NCBI GenBank assembly: GCA_040767195.1
Contig: JAXGPA010000002.1
Coordinates: 96,001-160,000, forward strand
DNA: 64,000 nt
From: Syntrophales bacterium
GTDB lineage: Bacteria > Desulfobacterota > Syntrophia > Syntrophales > UBA6807
Reading direction: 5' to 3'
Of the stretch, positions 27,892 through 37,812 are shown in pieces. How positions within the stretch are numbered: position 1 is the first letter of the stretch; each line of letters starts with the position of its first letter. Under the pieces are notes generated by a model that made no database searches, was not told the DNA's origin, and saw only the letters and a list, made by a program, of their open reading frames with translations. The position numbers were made by a program, and so were the translations under genes.

Positions 27892-29195
27892 CGGCCCTTG
27901 AGTCCTTCAAAAACGTTCCAGCTTTTCAGGAGATCGACGGCGTACTTGAGCTGGTTGTCCGGCCTTTTCTTCGTATTTTCCCCGGACAGGCCTTCCGCTT
28001 CACGGGATTCGCCGGGCAGGTGGCCCTCCAGGTCTTTCTCCCGGAGGATCGCCCCGCTCTCCTCCTCCGCGGAACCATTTCTCTGGCTCCGATCCAGCTC
28101 TACGAGAATGTCCGGCGTGATACCCTTCGCCTGGATGGATGTCCCATCGGGCGTGTAATACTTGGCGGTGGTCAACTTCAGGGCCGACCCGTCATTCAGG
28201 GGAATGACAGCCTGAACGGACCCCTTTCCGAAGGTCTGGGTTCCCACGAGCAGGGCTCTCCCGTTGTCGCGAAGGGCGCCGGCCACGATTTCAGAAGCGC
28301 TGGCCGAACCCCGGTTGATGAGGACCACCATGGGGCAGGACAATTCGTCCCCATCGTCCCGGGCCTCGTAGGTCTTGTCGGCCGAGGGGATCCGGCCCTT
28401 GGTGGATACGATGAGGCCTTTTTTCAGAAACACGTCAGAAACAAACACCGCTTGATCCAGAAGCCCCCCGGGATTGTTCCTCATATCGATGACAAGACCC
28501 TTCAGGGGGTCCTTTTTTCCCGTCATCTCCTTCAGGGCGCCCGTGACCTCTTCGAGGGTATTCTCGTTGAAGGCGGCGATGCGAAGATAACCGATATCTC
28601 CTTCCATGCGCTCGTTTTTCACACTGTGGACCTTGATGATGTCCCGGGTGATGGTGTAATCCCGGGGCTTCGTCAGACCTTCCCGGAGAATGGAAATAGT
28701 CACCTGGGATCCCTTGGGTCCCCGGAGCTTCCGGACAGCCTCCATGATATTCATGCCCTGAGTGGAGGTGCCTTCGATGGCCACGATCCGGTCGTCCGCC
28801 TTGATCCCCGCGATAAAGGCGGGCGTGTCCTCGATGGGTGAGACGACGGTGAGGACGTCGTCTTTTACAGTGATTTCGATACCCAGGCCGCCGAAGACAC
28901 CTTTCGTGTCCACCTGCAGTTCCCGGTACATTTCCGGAGAGAGATAAATGCTGTGGGGATCAAGGGAACGAATCATTCCCTGGATGGCCCCTTCCATGAC
29001 TTTTTCGGGCTCAATTTCCTCGACGTAGTTGTTCTCTATGATATCGAGAATTTCGTTGAATGTCTTGAGATTCTTGTACAGGCCCTGATCGCCTGCCGTG
29101 GAGGTGGGCACCGTCCCCGATCCCACGATTCCCCAGAGAAACGCCAGGGCGAGAACCCCCGCGAGGGTTCCCTTCAGCATGCTCCTTCCTTTCAT
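27888..29195 (-). CDS. ctpA: Carboxyl-terminal processing protease (S41, PDZ)
   Basis: LDPHS, FGGLGIE, D.RNNPGGLL, GSASASEIVAGAL, TFGKGSVQ and GITPD motifs. Confidence 0.95.
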   Translation of the reverse strand: MKGRSMLKGTLAGVLALAFLWGIVGSGTVPTSTAGDQGLYKNLKTFNEILDIIENNYVEEIEPEKVMEGAIQGMIRSLDPHSIYLSPEMYRELQVDTKGVFGGLGIEITVKDDVLTVVSPIEDTPAFIAGIKADDRIVAIEGTSTQGMNIMEAVRKLRGPKGSQVTISILREGLTKPRDYTITRDIIKVHSVKNERMEGDIGYLRIAAFNENTLEEVTGALKEMTGKKDPLKGLVIDMRNNPGGLLDQAVFVSDVFLKKGLIVSTKGRIPSADKTYEARDDGDELSCPMVVLINRGSASASEIVAGALRDNGRALLVGTQTFGKGSVQAVIPLNDGSALKLTTAKYYTPDGTSIQAKGITPDILVELDRSQRNGSAEEESGAILREKDLEGHLPGESREAEGLSGENTKKRPDNQLKYAVDLLKSWNVFEGLKGR

Positions 29196-29272
29196 TGAGT
29201 CCTCCAAAAATCCTGATCAATATATTATCATACACTCTATGAGGCGCGCTTTCCAATTTTTTCTCGCCTTTT

Positions 29273-31084
29273 TCAGGGCATCCGGGGAACACTGACCCGT
29301 CTCTCCGGGTGATAGCGCCTTTCCAGGTGCCGGGCCACCCAGCTCATGCCGTAACAGCAGACAAAGTAGAGAAAGGCGATGGTCGTGTAAATCTCGAAGG
29401 GGTAAATCATGAGGCGGTTGTTGATGGTCTGGGCAACGGTAGTCAGTTCAAACACCCCGATGATGTAAGCGAGAGACGTGTCCTTGAAGAGAGAAATGAA
29501 CTGGCCCACAAAGGCGGGAATCATCATTTTCAGAGCCTGGGGCAGAACGATGAACCGCATGGTTTTTCCGTATGAAAGCCCGGAAGCGAGGGCCGCCTCG
29601 GTCTGGCCGTGGGGAATGGCGTTCACGCCCGCCCGGACGATTTCGGCGATATAGGCTCCGGAAAAAAGGGTGAAAGCGATGGCGGCGCTCCAGAAAACGT
29701 TGATCTGCATGCCCGTCACGATGGGAGAAAAGAAGTAGACCCAGAAAATGACCATGATGAGAGGGTTTCCCCTGATGGTTTCGATGTAGAGGACGCTTGC
29801 CGTGCTCACCAGTGGATTTTCGCTCAAACGACCGAGACCGAAAACAAGACCTATGAAAAAGCTGATAAAAAGAGCGATGGCGGCGAGCAGGATGCTCAGA
29901 GAGAGGCCGCCGAGACCGAAAAGAATTTCCCCCTTTCCGCCCTGGGGAAACATCCATATGAGAAGTTCCGGAAGATTGTCCCCGATGACGGTCCAGTTGA
30001 ATGAGAACAAGGCATAAACGAGAAGTCCTGAAACCCCGGTGAGGACGATGAACGACAGGATTCTACCGGAAAGGACGAGTCCCCGGTTCAGGAACTCGAG
30101 AAAACGTTGACCGAAAGAGGCATAGATCCCTTCCTCCCGGTGGCGTTCCTTTTCCCGCCTCCGGTCCCCGAGCCAGGATGCGGCGCGCCCGCCCGCCCGG
30201 CAGAGTGCCGCCAGGGGACGCATGGCCAGGCCCAGCATGCGGTCGAGGACGTTGAGATCCTTTTCCCCGATTTTCAGGTGGTGGTTGATGCTGTTCATGA
30301 TGAGGGAAATGGACAGGGAGAGGCCGAGATAGATGAGGGAAGCCGCCGAGGTGGCTTCAAAGCCCCGGAATGTGAAGGACTCTATCTGCTGGGACTGCCA
30401 GCAGAGTTCGGCCACCCCGATGGTCATGGCCAGGGAGGAGTTCTTCATGTTGTTCAGAAACTCGCTCCCCAGGGGCGGGATGATGACCCGGAAGGCCTGG
30501 GGAAGGACCACGAAGCGCAACATCTGAAACCGGGACAGTCCCGACGACGCCGCCGCCTCGACGTGTCCGTGGGGGATGGCCTCGATGCCCGCCCGCACGA
30601 TTTCGGCGACGAAGGAGGCCGTGTAGATGCCAAGCCCCACCGTGGCCGCCCAGAATTCGAAATTGTGATCGTAGAGAAAAAGCCGGGCCCCCTCGGGCAG
30701 GCCCATGGGAAAGGCGAAGTACCAGAAGAAGAGCTGGACCAGGAGCGGCGTGTTCCGGAAAAATTCCACGTAGGCCGTGGACAGGTAGTAGGCCGGTTTG
30801 AAAGGAGACAGCCGGGCGATACCGAAAAGGGTACCGAGAACAAGAGCGATGCCCGTGCTTATCAGCGAAATCTGGATGGTCAGAAAGAGGCCCTTGAGAA
30901 GCCAGAGCCCGAAGATCTCCTGGTAGGTGGGGTTGACCTCGTACAGGACGGCCCAGTGAAAATCATAATCGAATCGGGCAAAGTGGAAGAGGACGTAAAA
31001 AAAGAGGACCAGCCCCCCCACCACAACCGCCTGTTGAAAGAAGCTTTTCAGTTTAGACACGGTTTTCGATCCGTTCCGTTCCAC
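29273..31084 (-). CDS. Polar amino-acid ABC permease with two fused permease domains
   Basis: Two HisM-type modules (R.TPLL/RGNPL ... AEIVRAG..AIP.G..EAA...G ... LPQA) in one ORF. Confidence 0.9.
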   Translation of the reverse strand: MERNGSKTVSKLKSFFQQAVVVGGLVLFFYVLFHFARFDYDFHWAVLYEVNPTYQEIFGLWLLKGLFLTIQISLISTGIALVLGTLFGIARLSPFKPAYYLSTAYVEFFRNTPLLVQLFFWYFAFPMGLPEGARLFLYDHNFEFWAATVGLGIYTASFVAEIVRAGIEAIPHGHVEAAASSGLSRFQMLRFVVLPQAFRVIIPPLGSEFLNNMKNSSLAMTIGVAELCWQSQQIESFTFRGFEATSAASLIYLGLSLSISLIMNSINHHLKIGEKDLNVLDRMLGLAMRPLAALCRAGGRAASWLGDRRREKERHREEGIYASFGQRFLEFLNRGLVLSGRILSFIVLTGVSGLLVYALFSFNWTVIGDNLPELLIWMFPQGGKGEILFGLGGLSLSILLAAIALFISFFIGLVFGLGRLSENPLVSTASVLYIETIRGNPLIMVIFWVYFFSPIVTGMQINVFWSAAIAFTLFSGAYIAEIVRAGVNAIPHGQTEAALASGLSYGKTMRFIVLPQALKMMIPAFVGQFISLFKDTSLAYIIGVFELTTVAQTINNRLMIYPFEIYTTIAFLYFVCCYGMSWVARHLERRYHPERRVSVPRMP

Positions 31085-31103
31085 CGCCGGGAAGACTCAA
31101 AAA

Positions 31104-31132
31104 GCTGCGGCCTCATGTCCTGAGGCCGCAGC
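31104..31132. terminator. Intergenic stem-loop after the SBP gene
   Basis: GCTGCGGCCTCA-TGTCC-TGAGGCCGCAGC, followed by a T-run on the minus strand. Confidence 0.65.
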
Positions 31133-31162
31133 GGGATTTATCAGGGTTTTCGAAAGGAAACC

Positions 31163-32017
31163 TCAGGGCCACATCTCGATCTTCTCCGTCATGGGGAAGT
31201 AGTAAGGCGTGTCCGGCCCGTACCATTTGTCATAAATTTTCATGTAGGTCCCGTCCTGCCACATGTCCTGAAGGGCGAAATTAATGGAGTCCCGCCAGGT
31301 GCTTTCATCCTCGGGGACACCGATGCCGTAGGGCTCGTCGCTGAAAAACTCGCCCACGAGCTCGTACTGTCCCGGTTCCTTGGCGGCATAGCCGAGCAGA
31401 ATCGTGCTGTCCGTGGTCCATCCGGCCACCTTGCCCTGCTGAAGGGCGAGAAAACAGGACGGCTCGTCCTGGAAGCTGATGACATGCTTTTCCGCCTCTT
31501 TGTCACCCAGGCGTTTCAGGAGGTTGATGGCGTTCTTCTCGCTCGTCGTTCCCTGCATGGACGCCAGGCGTTTACCGACGAAATCCTCCAGCTTGGTATA
31601 CTTCCCTTTTTTCGCCAGGACTTTCTGGCCGTCAAAAAAGTAGGTGATGGAAAAATCGATGGTCCGGTCCCGTTCCCTTTTGTGGGTCATGTTGGCGATG
31701 CTCATGTCGATCCTTCCCGACGTGAGGAAAGAAATGCGGGTTTTGTTGTTCAATTTCACCCTTTCGAGCTTCAGCTCCTTCCCCATGTACCCGCCGATCC
31801 GCTTGACTACCTCTTCGGCGATGTCCACGTCGAACCCCACCCACTCGTTCTTGTCGTTGAAGTAGGCGGCGGGAATGCTGTTGTACATGAGGCCGACCCG
31901 GGCCACCCCCGTTTCTTTCACACGGTCGTAAACCTGCCCGGCGAAGGCCAGGGACACGGTCCCGAAAAGGACCAGAAGAATCACCAGAAAACCGACGCTT
32001 GCCCTTTTGTTTCTCAT
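31163..32017 (-). CDS. Polar amino-acid ABC substrate-binding protein (Glu/Asp-type)
   Basis: GFDVDIA, RI.FL..G.ID, T....R...IDFS..YF.DGQ and EPYGIG motifs. Confidence 0.9.
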   Translation of the reverse strand: MRNKRASVGFLVILLVLFGTVSLAFAGQVYDRVKETGVARVGLMYNSIPAAYFNDKNEWVGFDVDIAEEVVKRIGGYMGKELKLERVKLNNKTRISFLTSGRIDMSIANMTHKRERDRTIDFSITYFFDGQKVLAKKGKYTKLEDFVGKRLASMQGTTSEKNAINLLKRLGDKEAEKHVISFQDEPSCFLALQQGKVAGWTTDSTILLGYAAKEPGQYELVGEFFSDEPYGIGVPEDESTWRDSINFALQDMWQDGTYMKIYDKWYGPDTPYYFPMTEKIEMWP

Positions 32018-32224
32018 TCTCGCTTCTCCTTCCTGATCATCATTTGACGGGCGGAGGGGAGCACCCTCCACTGAAACGCAACGGTCAGCCTTTCAAGGGG
32101 TCAAAGAACCTCGAGATGGACGGTCCCGCCGCAAAGAACCCTTCCCCGATTTTTCAGGCGGCCCGGTGGCCCGCCGCCCCGGCCGGGAAAGAGGGGAAGC
32201 CTCCTCGGGCTTTTTAAGAAACCA

Positions 32225-32953
32225 TCAGTGGCTGAGGATCTTGCTCAAAAAAAGCTTCGTCCTCTCGTGCTTCGGGCTGGAAAAGAACTCCCGGGGCGGC
32301 GCGCTTTCCACAAGCTGCCCCTCGTCCATGAAAATCACCCGGTTCGCCACTTCCCGGGCAAAGCCCATCTCGTGGGTGACCACGATCATGGTCATTCCCT
32401 CCCGGGCCAGGGTCTTCATCACGTCCAGGACCTCGTTGATCATCTCGGGATCGAGGGCCGACGTGGGCTCATCGAAAAGCATGATCTTGGGCCGCATGGC
32501 CAGCCCCCGCGCGATGGCGACCCGCTGCTGCTGACCCCCGGAGAGCTGTCCGGGATAGGCGTGGGCCTTCTCCACAATGCCCACCTTCTTCAAAAGCTCA
32601 AAGGCCCGTTTTTCCGCTTCCCCTTTTTTCTGCTTGCGAACCTGAACGGGGGCCAGGGTGATGTTCTCCAGGGCCGTCATGTGCGGGTACAGGTTGAACT
32701 GCTGAAAGACGAACCCGATTTCCTCGCGGAGGCGGCGCAGGTTGACCTTGCCGTCGTGAATGGGCATGCCGTCCACGATGATTTCCCCCTTCTGAATCGG
32801 CTCGAGCTTGTTGATGCAGCGGATCAAGGTGCTCTTCCCGGATCCGCTGGGTCCGCAGATGACCACCACCTCCCCGGCTTCGATGCGAAGGCTCACGTCG
32901 TTCAGGACATGAAGATCGCCGAACCATTTATGTACGCTTTTGAAATGAATCAT
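32225..32953 (-). CDS. Amino-acid ABC ATP-binding protein (GlnQ family)
   Basis: [31 protein letters not shown] and VTHEMGFA motifs. Confidence 0.95.
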   Translation of the reverse strand: MIHFKSVHKWFGDLHVLNDVSLRIEAGEVVVICGPSGSGKSTLIRCINKLEPIQKGEIIVDGMPIHDGKVNLRRLREEIGFVFQQFNLYPHMTALENITLAPVQVRKQKKGEAEKRAFELLKKVGIVEKAHAYPGQLSGGQQQRVAIARGLAMRPKIMLFDEPTSALDPEMINEVLDVMKTLAREGMTMIVVTHEMGFAREVANRVIFMDEGQLVESAPPREFFSSPKHERTKLFLSKILSH

Positions 32954-33064
32954 GGGGGAAATACGCTCCCGGTCCCGGATTATCGTCAGCCTGTTCCCGT
33001 CTTTCCGGGGCACCCCGGACGGGGACAACGCGCCGATATCCGACGCATCTTCAGGTTTCGAATT

Positions 33065-34678
33065 TCACGCCGGGGCCTTCCTGTTCAGGAGATCCCGGAC
33101 TTCCTCCCGGAGGGCCTTGAGCCTGGCCACATCACCCGGGGAAAGCCCGCCTTCCCCCTCCGACTGGATTTTCAACCGAAGGGCCGCCAGGGCCTCTTCG
33201 ACATGTTCGAAGGCCTCCAGGGCTTCCCGACGGTCGCGGGCTTCCACATCCTCCGGCTCTTCCCGTTCCGCCCGCTGCCGAGGCGTCAGTTTCAGCGTTT
33301 CCCGGAAAACGGGAATGTGAACATCCATGGAAAATTTTTCCCGTATGGAACGGGCGAAGCTTTCGCTGGCCGTCTTCTCTCCGTGGACAACGAAAACCCG
33401 GGGCATGGAAGGGGAAAAATGGCTGATCCATTCGAGAAGTTCATCCCGGTCGGCATGGGCGGAAAACCCGCCGATGGTAAAGACCTTCGCCTTGACGGCC
33501 ACGGGTTCCCCGAAAATCTTCACGGTTTTCTCACCGTCTACGATCCGCCGCCCCGTCGTCCCCTGGGCCTGGAACCCCACGATGATGATGCTCGCCCCGG
33601 GACGCCACAGGTTGTGCTTCAAGTGGTGCTTGATCCGTCCCGCCGTGCACATCCCGCTGGCGGAGATGACGATGGCAGGCCCCTGTTTCTCGTTGATGGC
33701 CATGGACTCCACCGTTGAGGGCGTAAAACGGAGGGACGGCATGGAAAAGGGGTCCCGTCCCTGTTCGACGATGGCGCTCGCTTCTTCGTCATAGTACTGC
33801 TTGTTCCGGCGGAAAATTTCCGTGGCCTTGATGGCCATGGGGCTGTCCAGGTAGACGGGAATCTCCGGGAGTTCCCCCTTACGGGTCAATTCCGCGAGAA
33901 GATAGAGGATCTCCTGGGTCCGCTCCACGGCAAAGGCGGGGATGATCACCTTTTCCCCGTTTGTCACGGCATAGCGGACAGCTTCGACGAACTCTTTCTT
34001 GCTGTCCTCGAGATTGCGGTGAAGCCGGTTTCCGTAAGTGGATTCCACGAAAAGGTAATCGGCATCGGTGATCTCATGGGCGTCCTTCACGATAAGCTGG
34101 TTTTTCCGCCCCAGGTCGCCTGAAAAAACGATCTTCAAGTCCCCGCCGCCGTCGTTGACCCAGATTTCCAGGATCGAGGACCCGAGAATATGACCGGCAT
34201 TCCGGAGCCGGGCCCGGAGCACCCTGTCAACCTCGATGACCTGGTCCCTCTCCACGGGACGCAGGTATTTCAAGCTCTCCTCGGCGTCGGCGATGGTATA
34301 CAGGGGTTCCACCTTTTTTTTACCCTGGCGGGCCCTTTTCCGTGTCTGCCAGGCGGCGTCCATTTCCTGAACATGGGCCGAATCGAGAAGCATGATCCGG
34401 CAGAGCTCCGCCGTCGGTGGGGACGTGATGATCTCCCCTCGGAAGCCGTCACGGACGAGCTTGGGAATCCGTCCGCTGTGATCGATGTGGGCATGGGTGA
34501 GAAAGAGGGCGTCGACTTCCGCGGGGTCGAAATCCCAGTCACGCCAGTTTCTTTTTTCCGTGGACTTCCCGCCCTGGAAAAGCCCGCAGTCAACGAGGAA
34601 CTTCTTGTTGCCCCCTTCCAGGAGAAAGCACGACCCGGTTACCGATTCAGCGGCACCGAGGCAGGTTATGCGAACCAT
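33065..34678 (-). CDS. MBL-fold beta-CASP ribonuclease-like hydrolase
   Basis: VTGS, DCGLFQG, THAHIDHSG, AGHILGS, ESTYG, SAHAD and VHGE motifs. Confidence 0.92.
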   Translation of the reverse strand: MVRITCLGAAESVTGSCFLLEGGNKKFLVDCGLFQGGKSTEKRNWRDWDFDPAEVDALFLTHAHIDHSGRIPKLVRDGFRGEIITSPPTAELCRIMLLDSAHVQEMDAAWQTRKRARQGKKKVEPLYTIADAEESLKYLRPVERDQVIEVDRVLRARLRNAGHILGSSILEIWVNDGGGDLKIVFSGDLGRKNQLIVKDAHEITDADYLFVESTYGNRLHRNLEDSKKEFVEAVRYAVTNGEKVIIPAFAVERTQEILYLLAELTRKGELPEIPVYLDSPMAIKATEIFRRNKQYYDEEASAIVEQGRDPFSMPSLRFTPSTVESMAINEKQGPAIVISASGMCTAGRIKHHLKHNLWRPGASIIIVGFQAQGTTGRRIVDGEKTVKIFGEPVAVKAKVFTIGGFSAHADRDELLEWISHFSPSMPRVFVVHGEKTASESFARSIREKFSMDVHIPVFRETLKLTPRQRAEREEPEDVEARDRREALEAFEHVEEALAALRLKIQSEGEGGLSPGDVARLKALREEVRDLLNRKAPA

Positions 34679-34757
34679 GATTTTCTTCCTTTCCGCAAGA
34701 TTCCCGAACCTTCGCCTCTATAGCACAGATTTCACGCCGGCGCACCGGCAAATCGGT

Positions 34758-35741
34758 TTAAAAGAAACGGACACCCCGAACCTTATCCTTTTCTTTCAAG
34801 GCCCTGAAGACGACTTCGGCGCAGGAAACGTCCTGGACAGCGAGACCGGTGGAATCGAACAGGGTGATCTCCCTGCGGGATCGCCGACCCCTCTTCCTGC
34901 CGGCGACGATTTCGCCGAGCGTCCCGTAAACGTCTTTTTCCGCCAGGTCCCCCCGGGACACGGGAATGTTGATCTCACCGCTGTGCGAGGCCTGGGTCCA
35001 GTCGTCGATGACGATTTTCGCCCTCTTCAACAGGGAGGTGAAAATTTCCTGCTTCCCCGCCGCGTCGGCGCCGATGGCGTTGATGTGGGTTCCCGGTGAA
35101 ACCGAGCGGACGAGAGGCTGCCGGGTCGGCGTTGTGGTCACCACGATGTCGGCCCCTTCCGTCACCGCGTCGATGTCTTCGGACATCACCGCGTCAAGGC
35201 CGTGGGCTCTTCGGGCCCACCGGCAAAAGCGGGGCGCCAGGGAATCGCCGGGCAGGTATCTCCAGACCCGGATCTTTTCAATTCTCCGGACCTTCAGGAG
35301 ACAGGCGAGCTGTGTCCTCGCCTGGACCCCGCATCCCACGAAGCCGGCGACGGCGGCATCCTCCCGGCTCAAGAACTTCGCCGCCACGGCACCGGCGGCC
35401 CCCGTGCGAAGGCTTGTCAGGACGGTCCCGTCCATGACGGCAAGGGGGAAGCCCGTTCCGGGGTCCACCAGGACAACGAGGGCCATGACCGTCGGCAGCC
35501 CTTTCTCGGCATTGCCCGTGTGGACGTTCACGCTCTTGATCCCGGCCATGTCGAACCCCTGGCCGTGAAGGTAGGCGGGCATGGAACGGAGGTCCCCCTC
35601 GGGAAAAATGAGATAGCTTTTCGGGGGCATGTCCGCCTCCCCAAGCCCGTGGGCCCTGAAAGCCCGTTCCACCGTTTTGCAGGCCAGGGCGGGGGTCAGG
35701 ATCTCCTTGACTTTTTTTGCTGTCACGATCAGCGTTTTCAT
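34758..35741 (-). CDS. Ornithine cyclodeaminase/mu-crystallin family protein, likely archaeal-type alanine dehydrogenase
   Basis: MPPK.YL.F..GDLR.MPA, N...GLPTVMA, T.LRTGAAG, HINAIGAD..GKQE and FDSTGLA.QD motifs. Confidence 0.85.
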   Translation of the reverse strand: MKTLIVTAKKVKEILTPALACKTVERAFRAHGLGEADMPPKSYLIFPEGDLRSMPAYLHGQGFDMAGIKSVNVHTGNAEKGLPTVMALVVLVDPGTGFPLAVMDGTVLTSLRTGAAGAVAAKFLSREDAAVAGFVGCGVQARTQLACLLKVRRIEKIRVWRYLPGDSLAPRFCRWARRAHGLDAVMSEDIDAVTEGADIVVTTTPTRQPLVRSVSPGTHINAIGADAAGKQEIFTSLLKRAKIVIDDWTQASHSGEINIPVSRGDLAEKDVYGTLGEIVAGRKRGRRSRREITLFDSTGLAVQDVSCAEVVFRALKEKDKVRGVRFF

Positions 35742-35754
35742 GATGTCCTCCCTT

Positions 35755-36600
35755 TCAGTCCTCCGTTTCCTCGTCTTCACTTATCTCGACGCGGGCCTCT
35801 TCGTCGAAGGGGTTTTTTCTCACGGCCAGGGAAAACAGATAGGGGAAATACGCCTTGAGATGCTCCGCATAAGAAAGCCACTCCTCGACCAGGTGCCGGT
35901 AAACGCGAACCATGTCGGCCATCAGATGGGCCCTGTCCGCCCGGGGAAGGTCCCTGAAGGAATTTCTTTCCGCCAGTTCCTCCACCAGGTGGAGGAGCGC
36001 CTGGAGAAGGTTCGAGAAGGAGCCGTGCTCGAGGAGAGCGGGATTTTCCAGGAGCCTCACGAGAAACTCTCTTTTGCCGATCAGTAACGTTCGAAGCGCC
36101 ATAAGCTCGGGTATCCCGGGATCGAGGCGAAAGACGTGACGGCGGGCCAAAGCGGCGGCGGCGGCGAAGTTCTCTCTTTTCCAACGTCCGTTGACATGAA
36201 AGGAAGTCCGGATTTCGGCTATCTCCGGGTCCCAGGAGACGAAAAGGCGAAGAAGCCCCGTCCCCGCCTCGCTGAAAAAAACGCCCACGACGAGGTTCAG
36301 CTTTTCCATGAGAGCCTTCCTCTCCCGGCGGAAGAGGATGAGTTCCGTCCCGCTGGCGATGACCCCGACGAAGGTCCCCACGCCGAGGACAATGATGGCC
36401 AGGGCCAGGAACTTGCCCGCGGCGGTGACGGGGTGAATGTCGCCGTATCCCACCGTGGCCATTGTCACGATGATGAAGTACAGGGCGTCCGTGGGGGACA
36501 CCTTTTCAATGGACATGAAAGCGATGGTCCCGAGGAAAAGGGTCGCCGCGAGAATGGTGAGATTCAACTGAAGACGGAACTGGATGGCTTCCCTGCTCAC
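35755..36600 (-). CDS. 2-TM potassium channel family protein
   Basis: TM-pore-TM with the TVGYGD selectivity filter and a helical C-terminal domain. Confidence 0.88.
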   Translation of the reverse strand: MSREAIQFRLQLNLTILAATLFLGTIAFMSIEKVSPTDALYFIIVTMATVGYGDIHPVTAAGKFLALAIIVLGVGTFVGVIASGTELILFRRERKALMEKLNLVVGVFFSEAGTGLLRLFVSWDPEIAEIRTSFHVNGRWKRENFAAAAALARRHVFRLDPGIPELMALRTLLIGKREFLVRLLENPALLEHGSFSNLLQALLHLVEELAERNSFRDLPRADRAHLMADMVRVYRHLVEEWLSYAEHLKAYFPYLFSLAVRKNPFDEEARVEISEDEETED

Positions 36601-36665
36601 GAAAGATCCTCGAGGAAAAAGTTGCGGCTGCGTAAAAAGGGTCTTCTCACGTTTTTAAAGGACCG

Positions 36666-36953
36666 TCAGTCCTGATGGGAGAAAAAGCCGATCAGTGCCA
36701 GGACGATGATAACGATTCCAAAACCGAAATACAACGTGACGGACAGGTGGTCCATCCGCCCGATGGCGGGGCCTATCTGCGCCCGGTTCACCAGGTATCC
36801 CCAGTAGAGGGCAAAGGTCAGGTTGATGAGAAGGGCCAGGCGCAGCCACCCCATAAGCAGGGAAAGGGTGCCGAGGAGGAGGAGAAGCCCCACTTGGAAA
36901 AGGGGTATGACGATGGTCGCCTTCTGCAGAAAATGGATGAGATCCAAGGTCAC
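36666..36953 (-). CDS. Small membrane protein (about 3 TM), hypothetical
   Basis: Hydrophobic 95-aa ORF whose GTG overlaps the upstream TGA by 4 nt. Confidence 0.7.
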   Translation of the reverse strand: MTLDLIHFLQKATIVIPLFQVGLLLLLGTLSLLMGWLRLALLINLTFALYWGYLVNRAQIGPAIGRMDHLSVTLYFGFGIVIIVLALIGFFSHQD

Positions 36954-37750
36954 TCCCGAGGGGTCTCCCGCTGGGCCCCTTCCGTGGGCGCTTCCTTCGC
37001 CGCGGGAACGCCTTCATCGGTCACCGCGCTCTGGTAGGCGTCCCTGTTTTCGGCTACATGACGGGCCGTGTACTGGGACCCCATGGCAACGACGGCGAGG
37101 AGGAAAAAAAGAACGCCGAAAAGGGTCCAGGCCTTTTTCGCCTCGATCCCGTGGACTTCCACCGTCGCCACAACCACGAGATACAGCATCCACAGGATTC
37201 CCGCCAGGCTTCCCAGGTAGGGAACGATGCCGATGAGAGTCGTCACCGGCGTGATGGCCGAAGCGTAGGCGAAACAGCGGTAGGCCGTTTCGTAGGATTC
37301 ATCGGACCCCATGATCCGCCACAGGATGAAGAACACACCGGCGCCGATAAAACTGAAAAGAATGAAGACCGCCGGGGCGACGACGAGGGAAAGGAGAAAA
37401 TCAAAAAACGGGACCCCCCCGAAGACAAGGGAGAACACGCCGCCGATCAGGGCGACGATGACGGCCATGACGCCGGCGAAGACCATGGGATCGAGAAACC
37501 CGCCCCCGCGGCTCATCCGACGGTAAAAATCCGCGGGGTCCCGGATGACCGCGATCATGGTCTCGGAAATATCCCCGTACCAGCGGAGTATTTTTTCCTG
37601 AAGCCCTTCCAGGTCCACCTTTTCACTCCAAAAACCCGCCGTTCTAAAAAATCCCATCGGCCCGACGGAAACCTTTATTCTTGTAGTGGATTCTTTTTCT
37701 TTTTTCAAGCTTTTCAGCGCATCCGAGAGAAACTCCTTTACTTTTCCCAT
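36950..37750 (-). CDS. Yip1 family membrane protein
   Basis: P..F..., about five TM helices and YE..YR..AYA motif. Confidence 0.8.
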   Translation of the reverse strand: MGKVKEFLSDALKSLKKEKESTTRIKVSVGPMGFFRTAGFWSEKVDLEGLQEKILRWYGDISETMIAVIRDPADFYRRMSRGGGFLDPMVFAGVMAVIVALIGGVFSLVFGGVPFFDFLLSLVVAPAVFILFSFIGAGVFFILWRIMGSDESYETAYRCFAYASAITPVTTLIGIVPYLGSLAGILWMLYLVVVATVEVHGIEAKKAWTLFGVLFFLLAVVAMGSQYTARHVAENRDAYQSAVTDEGVPAAKEAPTEGAQRETPRE

Positions 37751-37812
37751 TTCCCGGGGATACTCTTTTCACCGGGAGGATGTCTTCCCGATCATCCTGA
37801 AGGAGGTGTTTC

